A stretch of DNA of 64,000 bases. Source: an uncultured Nitrospiraceae bacterium. Lineage in GTDB: Bacteria > Nitrospirota > Thermodesulfovibrionia > Thermodesulfovibrionales > Dissulfurispiraceae. Below, piece by piece: positions 19,633 through 30,223 of this stretch (its first letter is position 1; the number at the start of each line of letters is the position of its first letter). The DNA lies in NCBI GenBank assembly GCA_963705105.1, contig CAVPIW010000006.1:992001-1056000 (forward strand), written 5' to 3'. The translations under genes were made by a program, and so were the position numbers. A model generated the notes under the pieces. It had not been told where the DNA came from, did no database searches, and worked only from the letters and a program-made list of their open reading frames with translations.

Positions 19633-21418
19633 TGTCCGCCTTCCTCATTTGGGCCAGCATCTTTCTGTCTCCGGCAAGCTGCTGCCGCCTCATCCTGTCT
19701 TCCAGGAGTGCAAGCCGCAACTCTTCCTCCGCATCGGCAAACTCGGCCCGCAGGGCCGCGGTCCGGGCCTCAAGCGTCTTTCTCTTCGTCTCGACGTCAC
19801 GCTTTTTCCTTTCGAGTTCCTGCCTGCGGATGCGCTCATCCGTTTTCTCCTTCGCCTCCTCTGTCAGACGGGCCGACCCCATCAGTACCCTGCCTGCCCC
19901 TGTATAGACATCCAGAAGGTCGATGCCCTTGTCGGAGATGACGAGCTCCCGTATCTGGTGCGAATGGGCCATGCCGCGTGATTTGAGCACATAGAGCCCC
20001 CTCGTCCGCTCTCCGGCCTGCTCCAGCTCCCTCACCACGATCCATGTGTCCATGAGAGACGAGACGCCCACATCGGTCTGCTCGAGGTTCGTCCCTCCGA
20101 TGGTGAGGTTCGTGCAGAGGCAGGTGATGCCCTGATCCTTCAGCATATCGATGAGTCTCATGATGACCAGCTTCACATCGGACGCGCTCGCCACGAAGGT
20201 GAAACTGCTGATGGGGTCTATGATCACCACCGAGGGCTCGAAGTCCCGCATCAGCCTGTGGATCGAGGCGAGAAACATCTCGAGACCGTGCGCGGTGGGG
20301 CGGACGGCGTTGAAACGCAGGGTTCCTTTTTTGACGTACGGCCCGAGGTCGATGCCGATGGACCTGCCGTTCCGTATGATCTGGCTTTCAGACTCCTCCG
20401 AGGCGACGTACAGGCAGCGTTCTCCGTTCCGGCAGGTTCTGTGCGCAAAGCACATGGCCATGCCCGTTTTTCCCGTGCCCGCGGTGCCCGTGATGAGGAT
20501 GGTGCTCCCCCTGTAATACCCTCCGTTGAGCATCCTGTCCAGTCTCGGGATGCCGGTCCTGATGCGCTCGGTCGACGCCTTGTGCGTCAGACCCAGAGAA
20601 GTGACCGGCACGACCGAAAAACCGCTGTCGTCAATGAGGAAGGGGTATTCGTTCGTTCCATGGACGGAGCCCCGGTACTTGACTATCCGCATCCTCCTGG
20701 TCGATATCTGGTCCGTCACCCGGTGATCGAGGAGGATCACGCAATCGGCCACATACTCTTCCAGCCCGTGGCGGGTGAGTGTGCCGTCCCCTCTCTCTCC
20801 CGTGATGAGCGCCGTCACTCCTCTGTCCTTGAGCCACCTGAAGAGACGCCGCAACTCCGCCCGAAGGATGTTCTCATTCGGGAGACCCGAGAAGAGCGAC
20901 TCTATCGTGTCGAGGACGATTCTCCTGGCGCCCACCGAGTTGATGGCGTTTTCAAGCCTTATAAAGAGCCCCTCAAGGTCGTACTCCCCTGTTTCCTCGA
21001 TCTCGCTCCGCTCGATGTAGACGTAGTCAAGAGACAGCTTCTTCCGCTTCACGAGGGCTTCGAGGTCAAAGCCCAGTGAAGAGACGTTCTGCGCAAGTTC
21101 CCTCGTGTTCTCTTCGAAACAGACAAAGACGCCCGGCTCGTCGTACTGTTGCGCGCCACGGACAAGAAACTCCATCGCAAGAAGCGTCTTGCCGCACCCG
21201 GCGCTGCCGCAGACGAGCGTCGGTCTGCCCTTGGGAAATCCGCCCCCTGTGATCTCGTCGAGCCCGCGGATGCCCGTCGGGCATTTCTCAAGGACTGCTT
21301 TCACCATCCCCTTTGCCCTGGGAGCGGCAATGCCTGCGTTACCCGCCTTCGATGCACGATTCTTGGGGGCCTTGGGATGAGCAGTGCTTCCTTCAGGACC
21401 CGTCTTGTCTTTCTTCAT
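19613..21418 (-). CDS. kaiC: Double-domain circadian clock protein KaiC (KaiC2-like)
   Basis: Two P-loops ([16 protein letters not shown]), catalytic EE pairs, KYRGS and KSRGM arginine fingers, phosphosite region VSSLMDTW, C-terminal coiled coil. Confidence 0.94.
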   Translation of the reverse strand: MKKDKTGPEGSTAHPKAPKNRASKAGNAGIAAPRAKGMVKAVLEKCPTGIRGLDEITGGGFPKGRPTLVCGSAGCGKTLLAMEFLVRGAQQYDEPGVFVCFEENTRELAQNVSSLGFDLEALVKRKKLSLDYVYIERSEIEETGEYDLEGLFIRLENAINSVGARRIVLDTIESLFSGLPNENILRAELRRLFRWLKDRGVTALITGERGDGTLTRHGLEEYVADCVILLDHRVTDQISTRRMRIVKYRGSVHGTNEYPFLIDDSGFSVVPVTSLGLTHKASTERIRTGIPRLDRMLNGGYYRGSTILITGTAGTGKTGMAMCFAHRTCRNGERCLYVASEESESQIIRNGRSIGIDLGPYVKKGTLRFNAVRPTAHGLEMFLASIHRLMRDFEPSVVIIDPISSFTFVASASDVKLVIMRLIDMLKDQGITCLCTNLTIGGTNLEQTDVGVSSLMDTWIVVRELEQAGERTRGLYVLKSRGMAHSHQIRELVISDKGIDLLDVYTGAGRVLMGSARLTEEAKEKTDERIRRQELERKKRDVETKRKTLEARTAALRAEFADAEEELRLALLEDRMRRQQLAGDRKMLAQMRKADNESAEK

Positions 21419-21681
21419 TCTTCTATCACCTTTCTATCTGCACACTGGTAAGGTTATTGAACCGAGTCGTCACGATTTTATTGTATCACACACCCCTGTC
21501 CATAATGTCTTGCAGCAAAACCTTGAAAACGAGGATAGGGTGTGGTTTCTGAAGCAAAATTCACGGGTAAGGTGAACGGCGGCGGGAGTCGAAGGCGCAC
21601 GCCGCAGCGGGAGCCGCACAGTGTACCGGAGAAGGCAAAGGTTTTCATGACAAAGGTATACACATGAGGAGAGGTAGTTTA

Positions 21682-21893
21682 CCTTATCGTTGCAATACAC
21701 TCCCGGGAAAGGCGGGGCGTATGCGCCGAAAACCTTGCTGCGGCGACACCTGTATCAAAACGAAAGATGAACTATACGCGAATGGTCGATGACACAAAGA
21801 GTGAAATCCTGAAACACGAAGATGACGAGGAGCATCGTCGCCTTCAGCAAGGCTTTGAGGCGTTTCGCCCCGCATTTCTATGCAACTACAGGG
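21682..21893 (+). mobile_element. MITE family A, 212-bp copy, TSD TTTA
   Basis: TTTA|CCTTATCGTTGCA ... TGCAACTACAGGG|TTTA. Confidence 0.88.
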
Positions 21894-22082
21894 TTTATTT
21901 TGCGAAGAAAGCATGCCCTATCCTCGTGTCATGTTATTTTGGACACCAATGTGTACCACAGATACTTCCGGGTCGCACCAAGCTGCCCCGTCAGCGACCT
22001 CAAGGGGATGGGTTCCCCTTTTTCGTACCTCCCCGAAAGATCTTCCCCCTGAAAAGCCGGCCCGGCAAAGAGAAAACCCCGG

Positions 22083-22403
22083 TTACTTCAGGAACGTGTT
22101 GCCCTGCATATCGACACAGACGTTGTCGACGTAGTCAAAGTCGTGATAACAGCCGATGCATCTCCCCCTGCAGTCGTAGTACATGGAATTGCACGCCGGA
22201 GCAGCCTCTGCGGCGTCAAACACCACGACCCTTCCGACAGAGAAGCTGGATCTCGCATCCTTGTAACAGGTGATGTTGATACCGTCGTCAGCGCACGCCG
22301 GCCCGGTGAAACAGGACACAGTGAGCACGATCCCCAAAAGAACGCCTGCCTTAAAAAGTATCGCAAAAAAAGGGTGTCTTTCTCGTCGTTTCACTCTTTT
22401 CAT
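22083..22403 (-). CDS. Small secreted Cys-rich hypothetical protein
   Basis: GGAGG RBS, basic plus hydrophobic signal, six Cys in the mature part (CNSMYYDCRGRCIGC). Confidence 0.7.
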   Translation of the reverse strand: MKRVKRRERHPFFAILFKAGVLLGIVLTVSCFTGPACADDGINITCYKDARSSFSVGRVVVFDAAEAAPACNSMYYDCRGRCIGCYHDFDYVDNVCVDMQGNTFLK

Positions 22404-22436
22404 GATTTCCTCCTGAAAGTGCCTATGTCAATCCTG

Positions 22437-22865
22437 TTACTCGGGGGGCTCCTTTTTCTCCTGCGCCTTTTCCCCGGGCCTCTCCGCCATTCTCTTGCAG
22501 GCCGCGGACAGTTCCTGCATATGCTCCCTTAAACATCTGATGATCCGGCCCTCTCCGGGCTTGACATCCTTGCAGTACTTTTCCATATCCCCGGAGCAGG
22601 CCTGCTGCGCTTCCGCCAGTTTCTTCTTCGACTCTTCGATCTTGCCCTTGCACGAAGCCGAAAGCTCCGTCTGGTGCTCGTTCAGGCAGCTGAGGATGCG
22701 ACCTCCTCCCGGCTTCACCTCCTTGCAGTATTTCGCAATTTCCTCCGCGCACGGGAGTTCCTGTTCCGCTGCATAGATCCTGCCCCCTGCACTCCCGCAA
22801 AGGACGACAAATGCAAGGGCAAACGTCTGCACGCCGATGACATGCCACACAATCCTTTTTTTCAT
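22437..22865 (-). CDS. Secreted cysteine-rich (GLG1-like) repeat protein
   Basis: Two repeats of CxxD/ExxKYCKxVKPGxGRIxxCLxEHxxELSAxCK. Start taken at MKKRIV. Confidence 0.8.
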   Translation of the reverse strand: MKKRIVWHVIGVQTFALAFVVLCGSAGGRIYAAEQELPCAEEIAKYCKEVKPGGGRILSCLNEHQTELSASCKGKIEESKKKLAEAQQACSGDMEKYCKDVKPGEGRIIRCLREHMQELSAACKRMAERPGEKAQEKKEPPE

Positions 22866-22998
22866 TCTTTCAGCCTCCTCAGGCAATTGACCTGCCTTCA
22901 TCCGAGTTTTTGGGCTTCGCTTCACAGCCGGGAGCCTCTCCACGTCAGCGGCAATATCGTTATTTCACTTTTTTATCCCGCCTGCAGGTTGCGTCATG

Positions 22999-23832
22999 TC
23001 ACTGTTTGACCAATTCGACCCGCCGATTCTTGGCCCTTCCGTCCTCCGTGTCGTTCGATGCGATGGGCGCAAGAGAGGCGACACCATACGGCTTCAATCG
23101 CGCGGCGGCTATTCCGTATTTGCCGGAGAGGACCCGAACAACCGCTTCGGCACGGTCCTTCGACAGCTTCATGTTCGAATCAAAGGAGCCGACGTTGTCC
23201 GTATGGCCGACGACATATATCTTCAGCGCGCCATCGTTCCTGAGGAGCTTCCCGATCTCCGAGACAGCGGCATCGGATTCGGGCTTTATCTCGGATTTTC
23301 CGGTGTCGAAGTATATGCCGTATATCGCAACGCGGCCGGTTGCATTGATATCCTTGCCCATCGCCTCGGCGTTCGCCACCACCTCCTGCTTCATGGTCTC
23401 TCTTTCCAGCATGGTAAGCCGGTACATGTTGTTGTAAGACCTGACTTCGACCCAGGTCTCTTTGCCCTCCTTTTGGAGTACGATTGTGGATGTTTTGTTG
23501 AAGTTGTCGTCGAAGATGACCTTTCCGCCGATCTTCTTGAGGGCATCCTGGATGTTCCGGCGGATTTTCAACTCTCCGGGCTCCGCAGCGCCCTTGTTCA
23601 GGCGGTATTCGATGTAATATTTGTGGCCCTCGACGCTGACCTGCTTTTTGTCGTGGTTGATAAATTTATGGCTGTCGAACTCGGTGTCCTTATAACCCGA
23701 TATGTGGAAGTCGGGCATCCTCGAAAGCAGTGGGTGATCCTTGCTTCCCATTATATCCTGTTCGGCCACAGAAAGACTGAAACTTGCCATCACGAAGAAC
23801 AGACCGAAAATTACCGTCATTGCATGCTTCAT
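22999..23832 (-). CDS. OmpA-family peptidoglycan-binding protein (DUF4892-like N-terminus)
   Basis: Signal peptide, GSKDHPLLSRMP, IYFDTGK, VVGHTD, LSKDRAEAV, NRRVELV. Confidence 0.9.
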   Translation of the reverse strand: MKHAMTVIFGLFFVMASFSLSVAEQDIMGSKDHPLLSRMPDFHISGYKDTEFDSHKFINHDKKQVSVEGHKYYIEYRLNKGAAEPGELKIRRNIQDALKKIGGKVIFDDNFNKTSTIVLQKEGKETWVEVRSYNNMYRLTMLERETMKQEVVANAEAMGKDINATGRVAIYGIYFDTGKSEIKPESDAAVSEIGKLLRNDGALKIYVVGHTDNVGSFDSNMKLSKDRAEAVVRVLSGKYGIAAARLKPYGVASLAPIASNDTEDGRAKNRRVELVKQ

Positions 23833-24008
23833 TATTCCTCCTCGTATGAAATGTCGTATGCCGTCGTCACAGGACGTCGCCATGGCATCACTTTACCACA
23901 AGACGGGGTGATTCACAAAGGATGCAAACTCCCTTGAATCAAAGGACATCAATGGAAAAGCTCACAATTCTGCGCATTATTACTCCGGTAAATGAAAACG
24001 TCTGATTG

Positions 24009-24103
24009 TGTCATTGCCGCAAGCCCGGTCAAGCCGGGACAGGCTCCGCGCGTCGGCAATACTTTTGAAAACAAAGAAGGTTTCCGGTCAAACCGGAATG
24101 ACA
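24009..24103. repeat. REP/RPE-like palindromic element (family B)
   Basis: Near reverse complement of 9809-9905. Confidence 0.75.
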
Positions 24104-24128
24104 GAGCACAATACAGTTCATCTCTTTA

Positions 24129-24340
24129 CCTTATCGTTGCAATACACGCCCGGGAAACGCGGGGCGTATGCGGCGAAAACCTTGCTGCGGCGACACCTGT
24201 ATCAAAACGAAAGACGGCTTATACGCCTATGATCGATGACACAAAGAATGGATTCCTGAAACACAAACCTGACGAGGAGTATCGTCGCCTTCAGCAAGGC
24301 TTTGAGGCGTTTCGCCCCGCATTTCTATGCAACTGCAAGG
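24129..24340 (+). mobile_element. MITE family A, 212-bp copy, TSD TTTA
   Basis: TTTA|CCTTATCGTTGCA ... TGCAACTGCAAGG|TTTA. Confidence 0.88.
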
Positions 24341-24558
24341 TTTAATTGCCGGGCTAATAAGAAACAGAAAGAATTCTATATTTCATGAGCAAAGCGTCAC
24401 ATGATAGCCCGGGATGACCGCCTGTTTTTCAGGTGGTCCTGCGGAATCGAAAGCTTGTCCGCAAAGGAAGCATTCCATATTCCCTGCCTTGTCTTTTCAG
24501 GACACTCGCGAGGGTGTCTTCGTTGACTCGACTCACGGCACTTCTGTAGACTACCGGG

Positions 24559-25143
24559 ATGGAAAAAAAGATCTTCAGGATCTTCGAGGAAAGCATCGCC
24601 GTCAAGGAAAAATTCGTCAGGGCCTACGCGCCGCTCATCGCGGAGGTCTCGCGGCTGATCGCCGACGCCTTCAGTGACGGCAAAAAGGTCATCATCTTCG
24701 GCAACGGCGGCAGCGCCTGCGACGCCTCCCACATCGCGGCGGAATTCGTCAACCGCTTCAAGCGGGACAGGCCGGGACTGCCCGCACTCGCCCTCAACAC
24801 GGATATGGCTGTCCTCACGTCCATCGCCAACGACTATGACTACTCGGAGATATTCGCCCGTCAGCTCAAGACGCTCTCCGACACGGGAGACATCGCCATC
24901 GCCATCAGCACGAGCGGTAACAGCCGGAACATCCTCAAGGCCGTCGACGTCGCCAAGAAGAAAGGCCTGCGGACGATCAGCTTCACCGGCCAGAAGGGCG
25001 ACAAGCTGGCGTCGAAGAGCGAGTTTTCCTTCGTCGTCCCCTCGGACGACACACCCCGGATCCAGGAGACCCATATCACCCTGGGGCATGTCATCTGCCA
25101 GATGGTGGAGGAGATACTCTTTGAGGTCCCGAGGAAGCTTTAG
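24559..25143 (+). CDS. gmhA: Phosphoheptose isomerase
   Basis: FGNGGSACDASHIAAEF, TSIANDY, ISTSGNS, PRIQETH. Confidence 0.93.
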   Translation: MEKKIFRIFEESIAVKEKFVRAYAPLIAEVSRLIADAFSDGKKVIIFGNGGSACDASHIAAEFVNRFKRDRPGLPALALNTDMAVLTSIANDYDYSEIFARQLKTLSDTGDIAIAISTSGNSRNILKAVDVAKKKGLRTISFTGQKGDKLASKSEFSFVVPSDDTPRIQETHITLGHVICQMVEEILFEVPRKL

Positions 25144-25168
25144 CATCGCTTCCCCTCGCGAAACCGCC

Positions 25169-25723
25169 ATGCCATCCCCTTCAGTGGCCGTAAAGATCCT
25201 CGGCATCGACCCCGGAAGCATTTATTGCGGGTATGGTCTCATCGGGACAACGGGCAGCGGAATGCGCCGGGGCGACGGCCGGACCTCCGGCATCCGTTAT
25301 CTCTCGTCGGGGAGGATCGTGCTGCCCCAAAAACATGACCTCCCGACGAGGCTGAGGGAGCTTTACGGCAACCTCGTCGAGGTGATCGAGGAATACGATC
25401 CCGACGAAATCGCCGTGGAGCGCATCTTCTTCGCCCGTGGCATCAGGGCGGCCCTCAGTCTCGGCCACACGAGGGGCGTCGTCCTCCTCGTCGCGTCCAT
25501 GAAGAAGCGCCCCATTTATGAATACAGCGCCCTTGAAATCAAGCAGGCCGTCGTGGGCTACGGCAGGGCGGCGAAATTTCAGGTGTCCGCCATGGTGAGA
25601 GAGATCCTCCGGATCGGTCACACCCTCAGCCCTGACAGCGCCGACGCCCTCGCCCTCGCCATCTGCCATGCGAACACGCGGAAAAGCTTGACGCGCGATA
25701 TGGCCGGGGCTGCCGGAGCATGA
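25169..25723 (+). CDS. ruvC: Holliday junction resolvase RuvC
   Basis: ILGIDPG, AVERIFF, LGHTRGV, IKQAVVGYGRAAK, DSADALALAICH. Start could alternatively be GTG 25184. Confidence 0.93.
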   Translation: MPSPSVAVKILGIDPGSIYCGYGLIGTTGSGMRRGDGRTSGIRYLSSGRIVLPQKHDLPTRLRELYGNLVEVIEEYDPDEIAVERIFFARGIRAALSLGHTRGVVLLVASMKKRPIYEYSALEIKQAVVGYGRAAKFQVSAMVREILRIGHTLSPDSADALALAICHANTRKSLTRDMAGAAGA

Positions 25724-26289
25724 TCGCATCACTCAGGGGAAAGATCCTCTTCAAGAGGCCCGACAGCCTCACCGTCGACGTGCACGGCGTCGGCTACCAC
25801 GTCATCACGCCCGTCGGTCTCTATCCGTCGTTGCCCGACGAGAGTGCGGAGGTCTTTCTCTTCATACACACCCACGTCAGGGAGGACACCCTTCAGCTCT
25901 ATGGGTTCCTGACGGAAGAGGAGAGGAGGATCTTCGCCACCCTCATCGGCGTGTCCGGCATCGGCCCGAAGATCGCCCTCAATGTCCTCTCGACGATCCC
26001 CCCCGACCGCTTCCTCCGTGCCATCGACGCGGAAGAGGTGGATCTTCTCTGCAGGGTCCCCGGTCTCGGCAAAAAGACCGCTCACCGGCTGATCCTCGAG
26101 CTGAAGGAAAAACTCCCTGTGACCCGTGAAAGGAGGGACGCGCTGTACGATGACACCCTCTCAGCCCTCGTCAATCTCGGGTACAAGAAGGCCGTCGCCC
26201 AGGCCGCCCTCGACAGGGCGAGCACCGGCGGAAGCCGCGACATTGAAAGTTTGCTCCGCGAATCATTAAAATATCTGACAAAGGAATGA
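25720..26289 (+). CDS. ruvA: Holliday junction branch migration protein RuvA
   Basis: [40 protein letters not shown]. Confidence 0.95.
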   Translation: MIASLRGKILFKRPDSLTVDVHGVGYHVITPVGLYPSLPDESAEVFLFIHTHVREDTLQLYGFLTEEERRIFATLIGVSGIGPKIALNVLSTIPPDRFLRAIDAEEVDLLCRVPGLGKKTAHRLILELKEKLPVTRERRDALYDDTLSALVNLGYKKAVAQAALDRASTGGSRDIESLLRESLKYLTKE

Positions 26290-26320
26290 CACTCCCTCGG
26301 CATCAGAACGGGCAGACGCA

Positions 26321-27349
26321 ATGAGGGTCGACGACAGAGAGTCGCATCCCCTGGCTCCGGAGGCGCAGAACGACGACGTCGCCTACGAAACAACCCTCCG
26401 CCCCCGGACCCTCTCGGAATTCATCGGCCAGCAGCGCCTGCGGGAGAACCTCCAGATTTTCATCGCCGCGGCCCGTCTCCGGAAGGACTCCCTTGACCAT
26501 GTCCTCTTCTGCGGCCCCCCCGGTCTCGGCAAGACGACACTGGCCGCCATCATCGCCAGCGAGCTGGCCGTCGGCATCAAGAGCACCTCGGGCCCGGTGA
26601 TCGAGCGGCAGGGCGATCTCGCCGCGATCCTGACGAACCTCTCCGAATGCGACATCCTCTTCATCGATGAGATCCACAGGCTGCCCCGCGTCGTCGAGGA
26701 GGTCCTCTATCCCGCCATGGAGGACTTCAAACTCGACATTATCATCGGCCAGGGACCGAATGCGAGGACCCTCAAGCTCACCCTGCCCCGGTTCACCCTC
26801 ATCGGCGCCACGACGCGGACGGGCCTGCTCACGTCACCGCTCAGGGACCGTTTCGGTGTCATCTTCAGGCTCGAGTTCTACGAGCCCGAAGAACTGAAGG
26901 AAATCGTGGACCGCTCGGCCCGCCTGCTCGGCATAGAGATCGGCGCGGACGCATCCATAGAAATCGCCCGGAGATCGCGGGGCACACCGAGGATCGCAAA
27001 CAGGCTCCTCAAGAGGCTCAGGGACTTCGCGCAGGTCAAGGGAAACGGGACCATCGACCTGGCCATCGCCCGGGATGCGCTGAAGGCGCTCGATGTGGAC
27101 CACCGCGGGCTCGATGAGATCGACAGAAAGCTGCTCAGGACGATCATCGACAAGTTCAACGGAGGTCCGGCAGGCATCGATGCCATCGCCGCCTGTCTCA
27201 GGGAGGACAGGGACACCATCGAGGACGTCTACGAGCCCTTTCTCCTCCAGGAGGGGCTCATCGAAAGGACATCACGGGGCAGGCTCGCCACCCGCCTCGC
27301 CTATGAGCATCTCGGCATGGCTTTTCCGGGGGGACTGTTCAACCAGTGA
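26321..27349 (+). CDS. ruvB: Holliday junction branch migration helicase RuvB
   Basis: [44 protein letters not shown]. Confidence 0.97.
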   Translation: MRVDDRESHPLAPEAQNDDVAYETTLRPRTLSEFIGQQRLRENLQIFIAAARLRKDSLDHVLFCGPPGLGKTTLAAIIASELAVGIKSTSGPVIERQGDLAAILTNLSECDILFIDEIHRLPRVVEEVLYPAMEDFKLDIIIGQGPNARTLKLTLPRFTLIGATTRTGLLTSPLRDRFGVIFRLEFYEPEELKEIVDRSARLLGIEIGADASIEIARRSRGTPRIANRLLKRLRDFAQVKGNGTIDLAIARDALKALDVDHRGLDEIDRKLLRTIIDKFNGGPAGIDAIAACLREDRDTIEDVYEPFLLQEGLIERTSRGRLATRLAYEHLGMAFPGGLFNQ

Positions 27350-27912
27350 AACTCCTCATGCATATCTGCTGCGCCAACTGCGCCCTCTATCCCCTTTCCG
27401 TCCTGAGAGAACGCGGCCTCGAGGTGACGGGACTCTGGTTCAACCCGAACATCCACCCCTATACGGAGTACCGGAGCAGGATCGAGGCGGTGCAGACACT
27501 CGAGACCCTCCGGCGTCTCGACATGGAGTACGTCGACTGGTACGGGCTGCGCGACTTCGTCAGGACCGTGGCGTGGAAGGAGGGCGAGCGGTGCCTCCAC
27601 TGCTATTCCGTCAGGCTCGAAAGGACGGCGCGCCGGGCCGCCGAACTCGGCGCGGACGCCTTCACGACGTCTCTGCTCGTCAGCCCCTACCAGAAGTTCG
27701 ATCTCATCACCGGGATCGGCAGGCAGATGCAAAACCGCCATGGCGTGGAGTTTCTGGCCGAGGACTTCCGGCACGGGTACGGCAAGGGCCGCAGGATGTC
27801 GAGGGAACTCGGACTATACAGGCAGAAATACTGCGGCTGCATCTATTCGGAAATGGAGCGGTTCGCCCCGAAGGAGACGGTGGAGGACGCGGCGACACCG
27901 CACGTGCACTGA
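27346..27912 (+). CDS. queH: Epoxyqueuosine reductase QueH
   Basis: [42 protein letters not shown]. Confidence 0.92.
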   Translation: MKLLMHICCANCALYPLSVLRERGLEVTGLWFNPNIHPYTEYRSRIEAVQTLETLRRLDMEYVDWYGLRDFVRTVAWKEGERCLHCYSVRLERTARRAAELGADAFTTSLLVSPYQKFDLITGIGRQMQNRHGVEFLAEDFRHGYGKGRRMSRELGLYRQKYCGCIYSEMERFAPKETVEDAATPHVH

Positions 27913-27913
27913 G

Positions 27914-28138
27914 TTGGGCGAGATCGGAAACATCGGCAAAATCGTCTTGATTGCGGGCGTCGTCATGGTCGTCCTGGGAGGTCTCCTCATGCTGTCCGGG
28001 AAGATACCATGGATCGGCAGGCTGCCCGGGGACATCATCGTGGAGCGGAAGAATTTTACCTTTTACTTCCCGCTTGCGACGAGCATCGTCCTGAGCGTCA
28101 TCCTGTCGCTCATTATCTGGCTCATCGGGAGGAAATAG
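27914..28138 (+). CDS. DUF2905 small membrane protein
   Basis: IGRLPGDI...NFTFYFPLATSIVLSVILS; TTG start. Confidence 0.85.
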   Translation: MGEIGNIGKIVLIAGVVMVVLGGLLMLSGKIPWIGRLPGDIIVERKNFTFYFPLATSIVLSVILSLIIWLIGRK

Positions 28139-29166
28139 TGAAGCTTGACGTTTCAAGAACCGTGAGGAAAGGCGGGGCAATCCTCAGTTTCGTCCCCCTG
28201 TTGCTCCTCGTACTCTTCGTCATACCTGCTTTCGCGGAGACGACGGTCAGGGTGCTGCTCCTGGAGAATTCCTCGAAAAGGCTCCCGCAGAAAAATGAGA
28301 AAATGGAGCGCATGGGGCACACGCGAGGCGACGTGCTCCTGAGCGGTCTCCAGTACTCGGGGAAGATCGAGGTGTGGAAGGGCGAAAAGGGTCTGTACCT
28401 CATCAATATCGTCCCCCTCGAGGAATACGTCAAAGGTGTCGTCTCCGCCGAAGTGGGCAAAGGATGGGACGCCGAGGCCCTGAAAGCGCAGGCCGTCGTC
28501 GCCCGGACGTACGCGCTCTATCAGATGGCCAACAACCAGGCCCCCCAGGGGCTTTATAACCTCACATCATCGGTGCTCCACCAGGTCTACAAGAGCAGCG
28601 GCATCCCCGAATCCGTGTCACGGGCCGTCGAGCAGACGAGGGGCGAGATACTCACCTTCTACGGCAGGCCGATCCTCGCCTACTACCATTCGACGAGCGG
28701 TGGCATGACGGAAGACCCCGCCGAGGTCTTCGGCAAAGCCCATGCCTACCTGAGGCCCGTCGAAACGAACTGCGAGCTGTCCCCGTACTATATGTGGGAA
28801 AAGCGGATCCCCGTCATCGAGATCGAGAAAGCCCTCGGCCTCCGTGACATCATCGAGATCTATATCGGGCCGAGGACCGTTTCGAACCGCGTCAGGGACC
28901 TCCGCATCGAGACGAAATCGGGCTCCGTCACCATGGCCGCGAAAGACGTGCGCCGAAAGATCGGCTGGGACCGGCTGCCGAGCACCATGATCACGACCCT
29001 TGTCAGGGACGGAGACGCCTTCGTCTTCGAGGGCAAGGGGTACGGCCACGGTGTCGGCATGTGCCAATGGTCTGCCCTCGAGATGGCCAAGGGGGGCTCG
29101 ACGTACCGGGACATCCTCGCGAAGTTCTATCCGGGCGCTCTCATAGAGCTTCATGAAGACCGCTGA
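28138..29166 (+). CDS. SpoIID/LytB-domain lytic transglycosylase
   Basis: VPLEEYVKGVV, EALKAQAVVARTYA, YHSTSGG, GKGYGHGVGMCQW, ILAKFYPG. Confidence 0.9.
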   Translation: MKLDVSRTVRKGGAILSFVPLLLLVLFVIPAFAETTVRVLLLENSSKRLPQKNEKMERMGHTRGDVLLSGLQYSGKIEVWKGEKGLYLINIVPLEEYVKGVVSAEVGKGWDAEALKAQAVVARTYALYQMANNQAPQGLYNLTSSVLHQVYKSSGIPESVSRAVEQTRGEILTFYGRPILAYYHSTSGGMTEDPAEVFGKAHAYLRPVETNCELSPYYMWEKRIPVIEIEKALGLRDIIEIYIGPRTVSNRVRDLRIETKSGSVTMAAKDVRRKIGWDRLPSTMITTLVRDGDAFVFEGKGYGHGVGMCQWSALEMAKGGSTYRDILAKFYPGALIELHEDR

Positions 29167-30205
29167 CTTCGACTTCTCCCTGCCTGAGGGAATGATCGCC
29201 CTGCGGCCGTCCCCCAGGCGGGATCTCTCACGGCTCCTCGTTCTCCGCAGGGACGGCTCCATCGAGCACCGTCGCTTCATGCACCTGCCGGAATATATCG
29301 GCGCCGGCGACCTGCTCATCCTGAACGATACGAAGGTGTTCTGCGCCCGCCTCCTGGGACGGAAAAAGTCGGGGGGGAAGATCGACATCCTCCTCCTGCG
29401 CCGGATGGACGACGGCGCCCGCTGGGAAGTGCTCTACAGGGGCAGATATGCCGGCATTGTTACCGTCGGCGACGGCGTAACAGCAGAGGTGGGACCCCGT
29501 GAAGACGGTGAGGGAAAATACCTGCGCTTCCTCGATGTTGACCCGCCGGAGGTTCCCGGTCTCATCGCCGCCCGGGGTTCCATGCCCCTTCCGCCCTATA
29601 TCAAACGCCTCCCCGACGACGAGGACCGGCTCCGTTATCAGACGGTCTATGCAACAAAGACGGGATCCATCGCCGCCCCTACGGCGGGCCTCCACTTTAC
29701 GAACTCCCTCCTGCGCCGCATCCGCGACAGGGGGGCGAAGGTGAGGACCGTCACTCTCCACGTCGGGCCGGGCACATTCAAGCCCATTGTCAGCTCATCC
29801 ATCGACGAGCACAGGATGGACAGGGAGTACGCAGAGATCCCCCGGGTGCTTATCGATGAAATCGCGCACGCCAGGGCCTCGGGCGGGCGCGTCTTCGCCG
29901 TCGGCACAACGGTGACGAGGACCCTCGAAGGATACCTGAGCGGCGCCTTCAGCCCCCTGTGCGTCCACCGGTCAGGGTCCGGGGACAACGGGACGATCAG
30001 GGGGTACACGGACATCTTCATGTACCCCGGCTATCGCTTCAAGGCCGTCGACTGCCTCGTCACCAATTTCCACCTGCCCCGGTCGACGCCCCTCCTGCTC
30101 GTGTCAGCCTTCAGGGGCTTCGAAAATGTCATGAAAGCTTACGGGGAAGCCATTGCCGAAGGTTATAGATTTTTTTCCTATGGTGATGCTATGGTACTTT
30201 TATGA
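29153..30205 (+). CDS. queA: SAM:tRNA ribosyltransferase-isomerase
   Basis: DFDFSLP, LNDTKV, MPLPPYIKR, YQTVYA, AAPTAGLHF, TNFHLPRST, YRFFSYGDAM. Confidence 0.96.
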   Translation: MKTADFDFSLPEGMIALRPSPRRDLSRLLVLRRDGSIEHRRFMHLPEYIGAGDLLILNDTKVFCARLLGRKKSGGKIDILLLRRMDDGARWEVLYRGRYAGIVTVGDGVTAEVGPREDGEGKYLRFLDVDPPEVPGLIAARGSMPLPPYIKRLPDDEDRLRYQTVYATKTGSIAAPTAGLHFTNSLLRRIRDRGAKVRTVTLHVGPGTFKPIVSSSIDEHRMDREYAEIPRVLIDEIAHARASGGRVFAVGTTVTRTLEGYLSGAFSPLCVHRSGSGDNGTIRGYTDIFMYPGYRFKAVDCLVTNFHLPRSTPLLLVSAFRGFENVMKAYGEAIAEGYRFFSYGDAMVLL

Positions 30206-30223
30206 CTACATGCATTCCTTACT

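Larger units (their letters stand above)
23977..24360. repeat. Second family C composite (imperfect outer IRs) containing a REP-like unit and a MITE
   Basis: TTATTACTCCGGTAAATGAA ... TTTAATTGCCGGGCTAATAA. Confidence 0.55.

Noticed and set aside
21767..24345. Recurring ORFs containing DDTKxxxLKH...RRLQQGFEAFRPAFLCN (also 7441-7698, 9909-10127, 11163-11357, 45034-45258)
   Set aside because: These are translations of the MITE body. Starts and frames differ between copies and there is no RBS, so they are not supported as a protein family.
24674..25168. N-terminal extension of RuvC in the ORF track (similarly 28009 for SpoIID and 27740 for DUF2905)
   Set aside because: The extensions overlap upstream genes in another frame, and family motifs start at the downstream starts.
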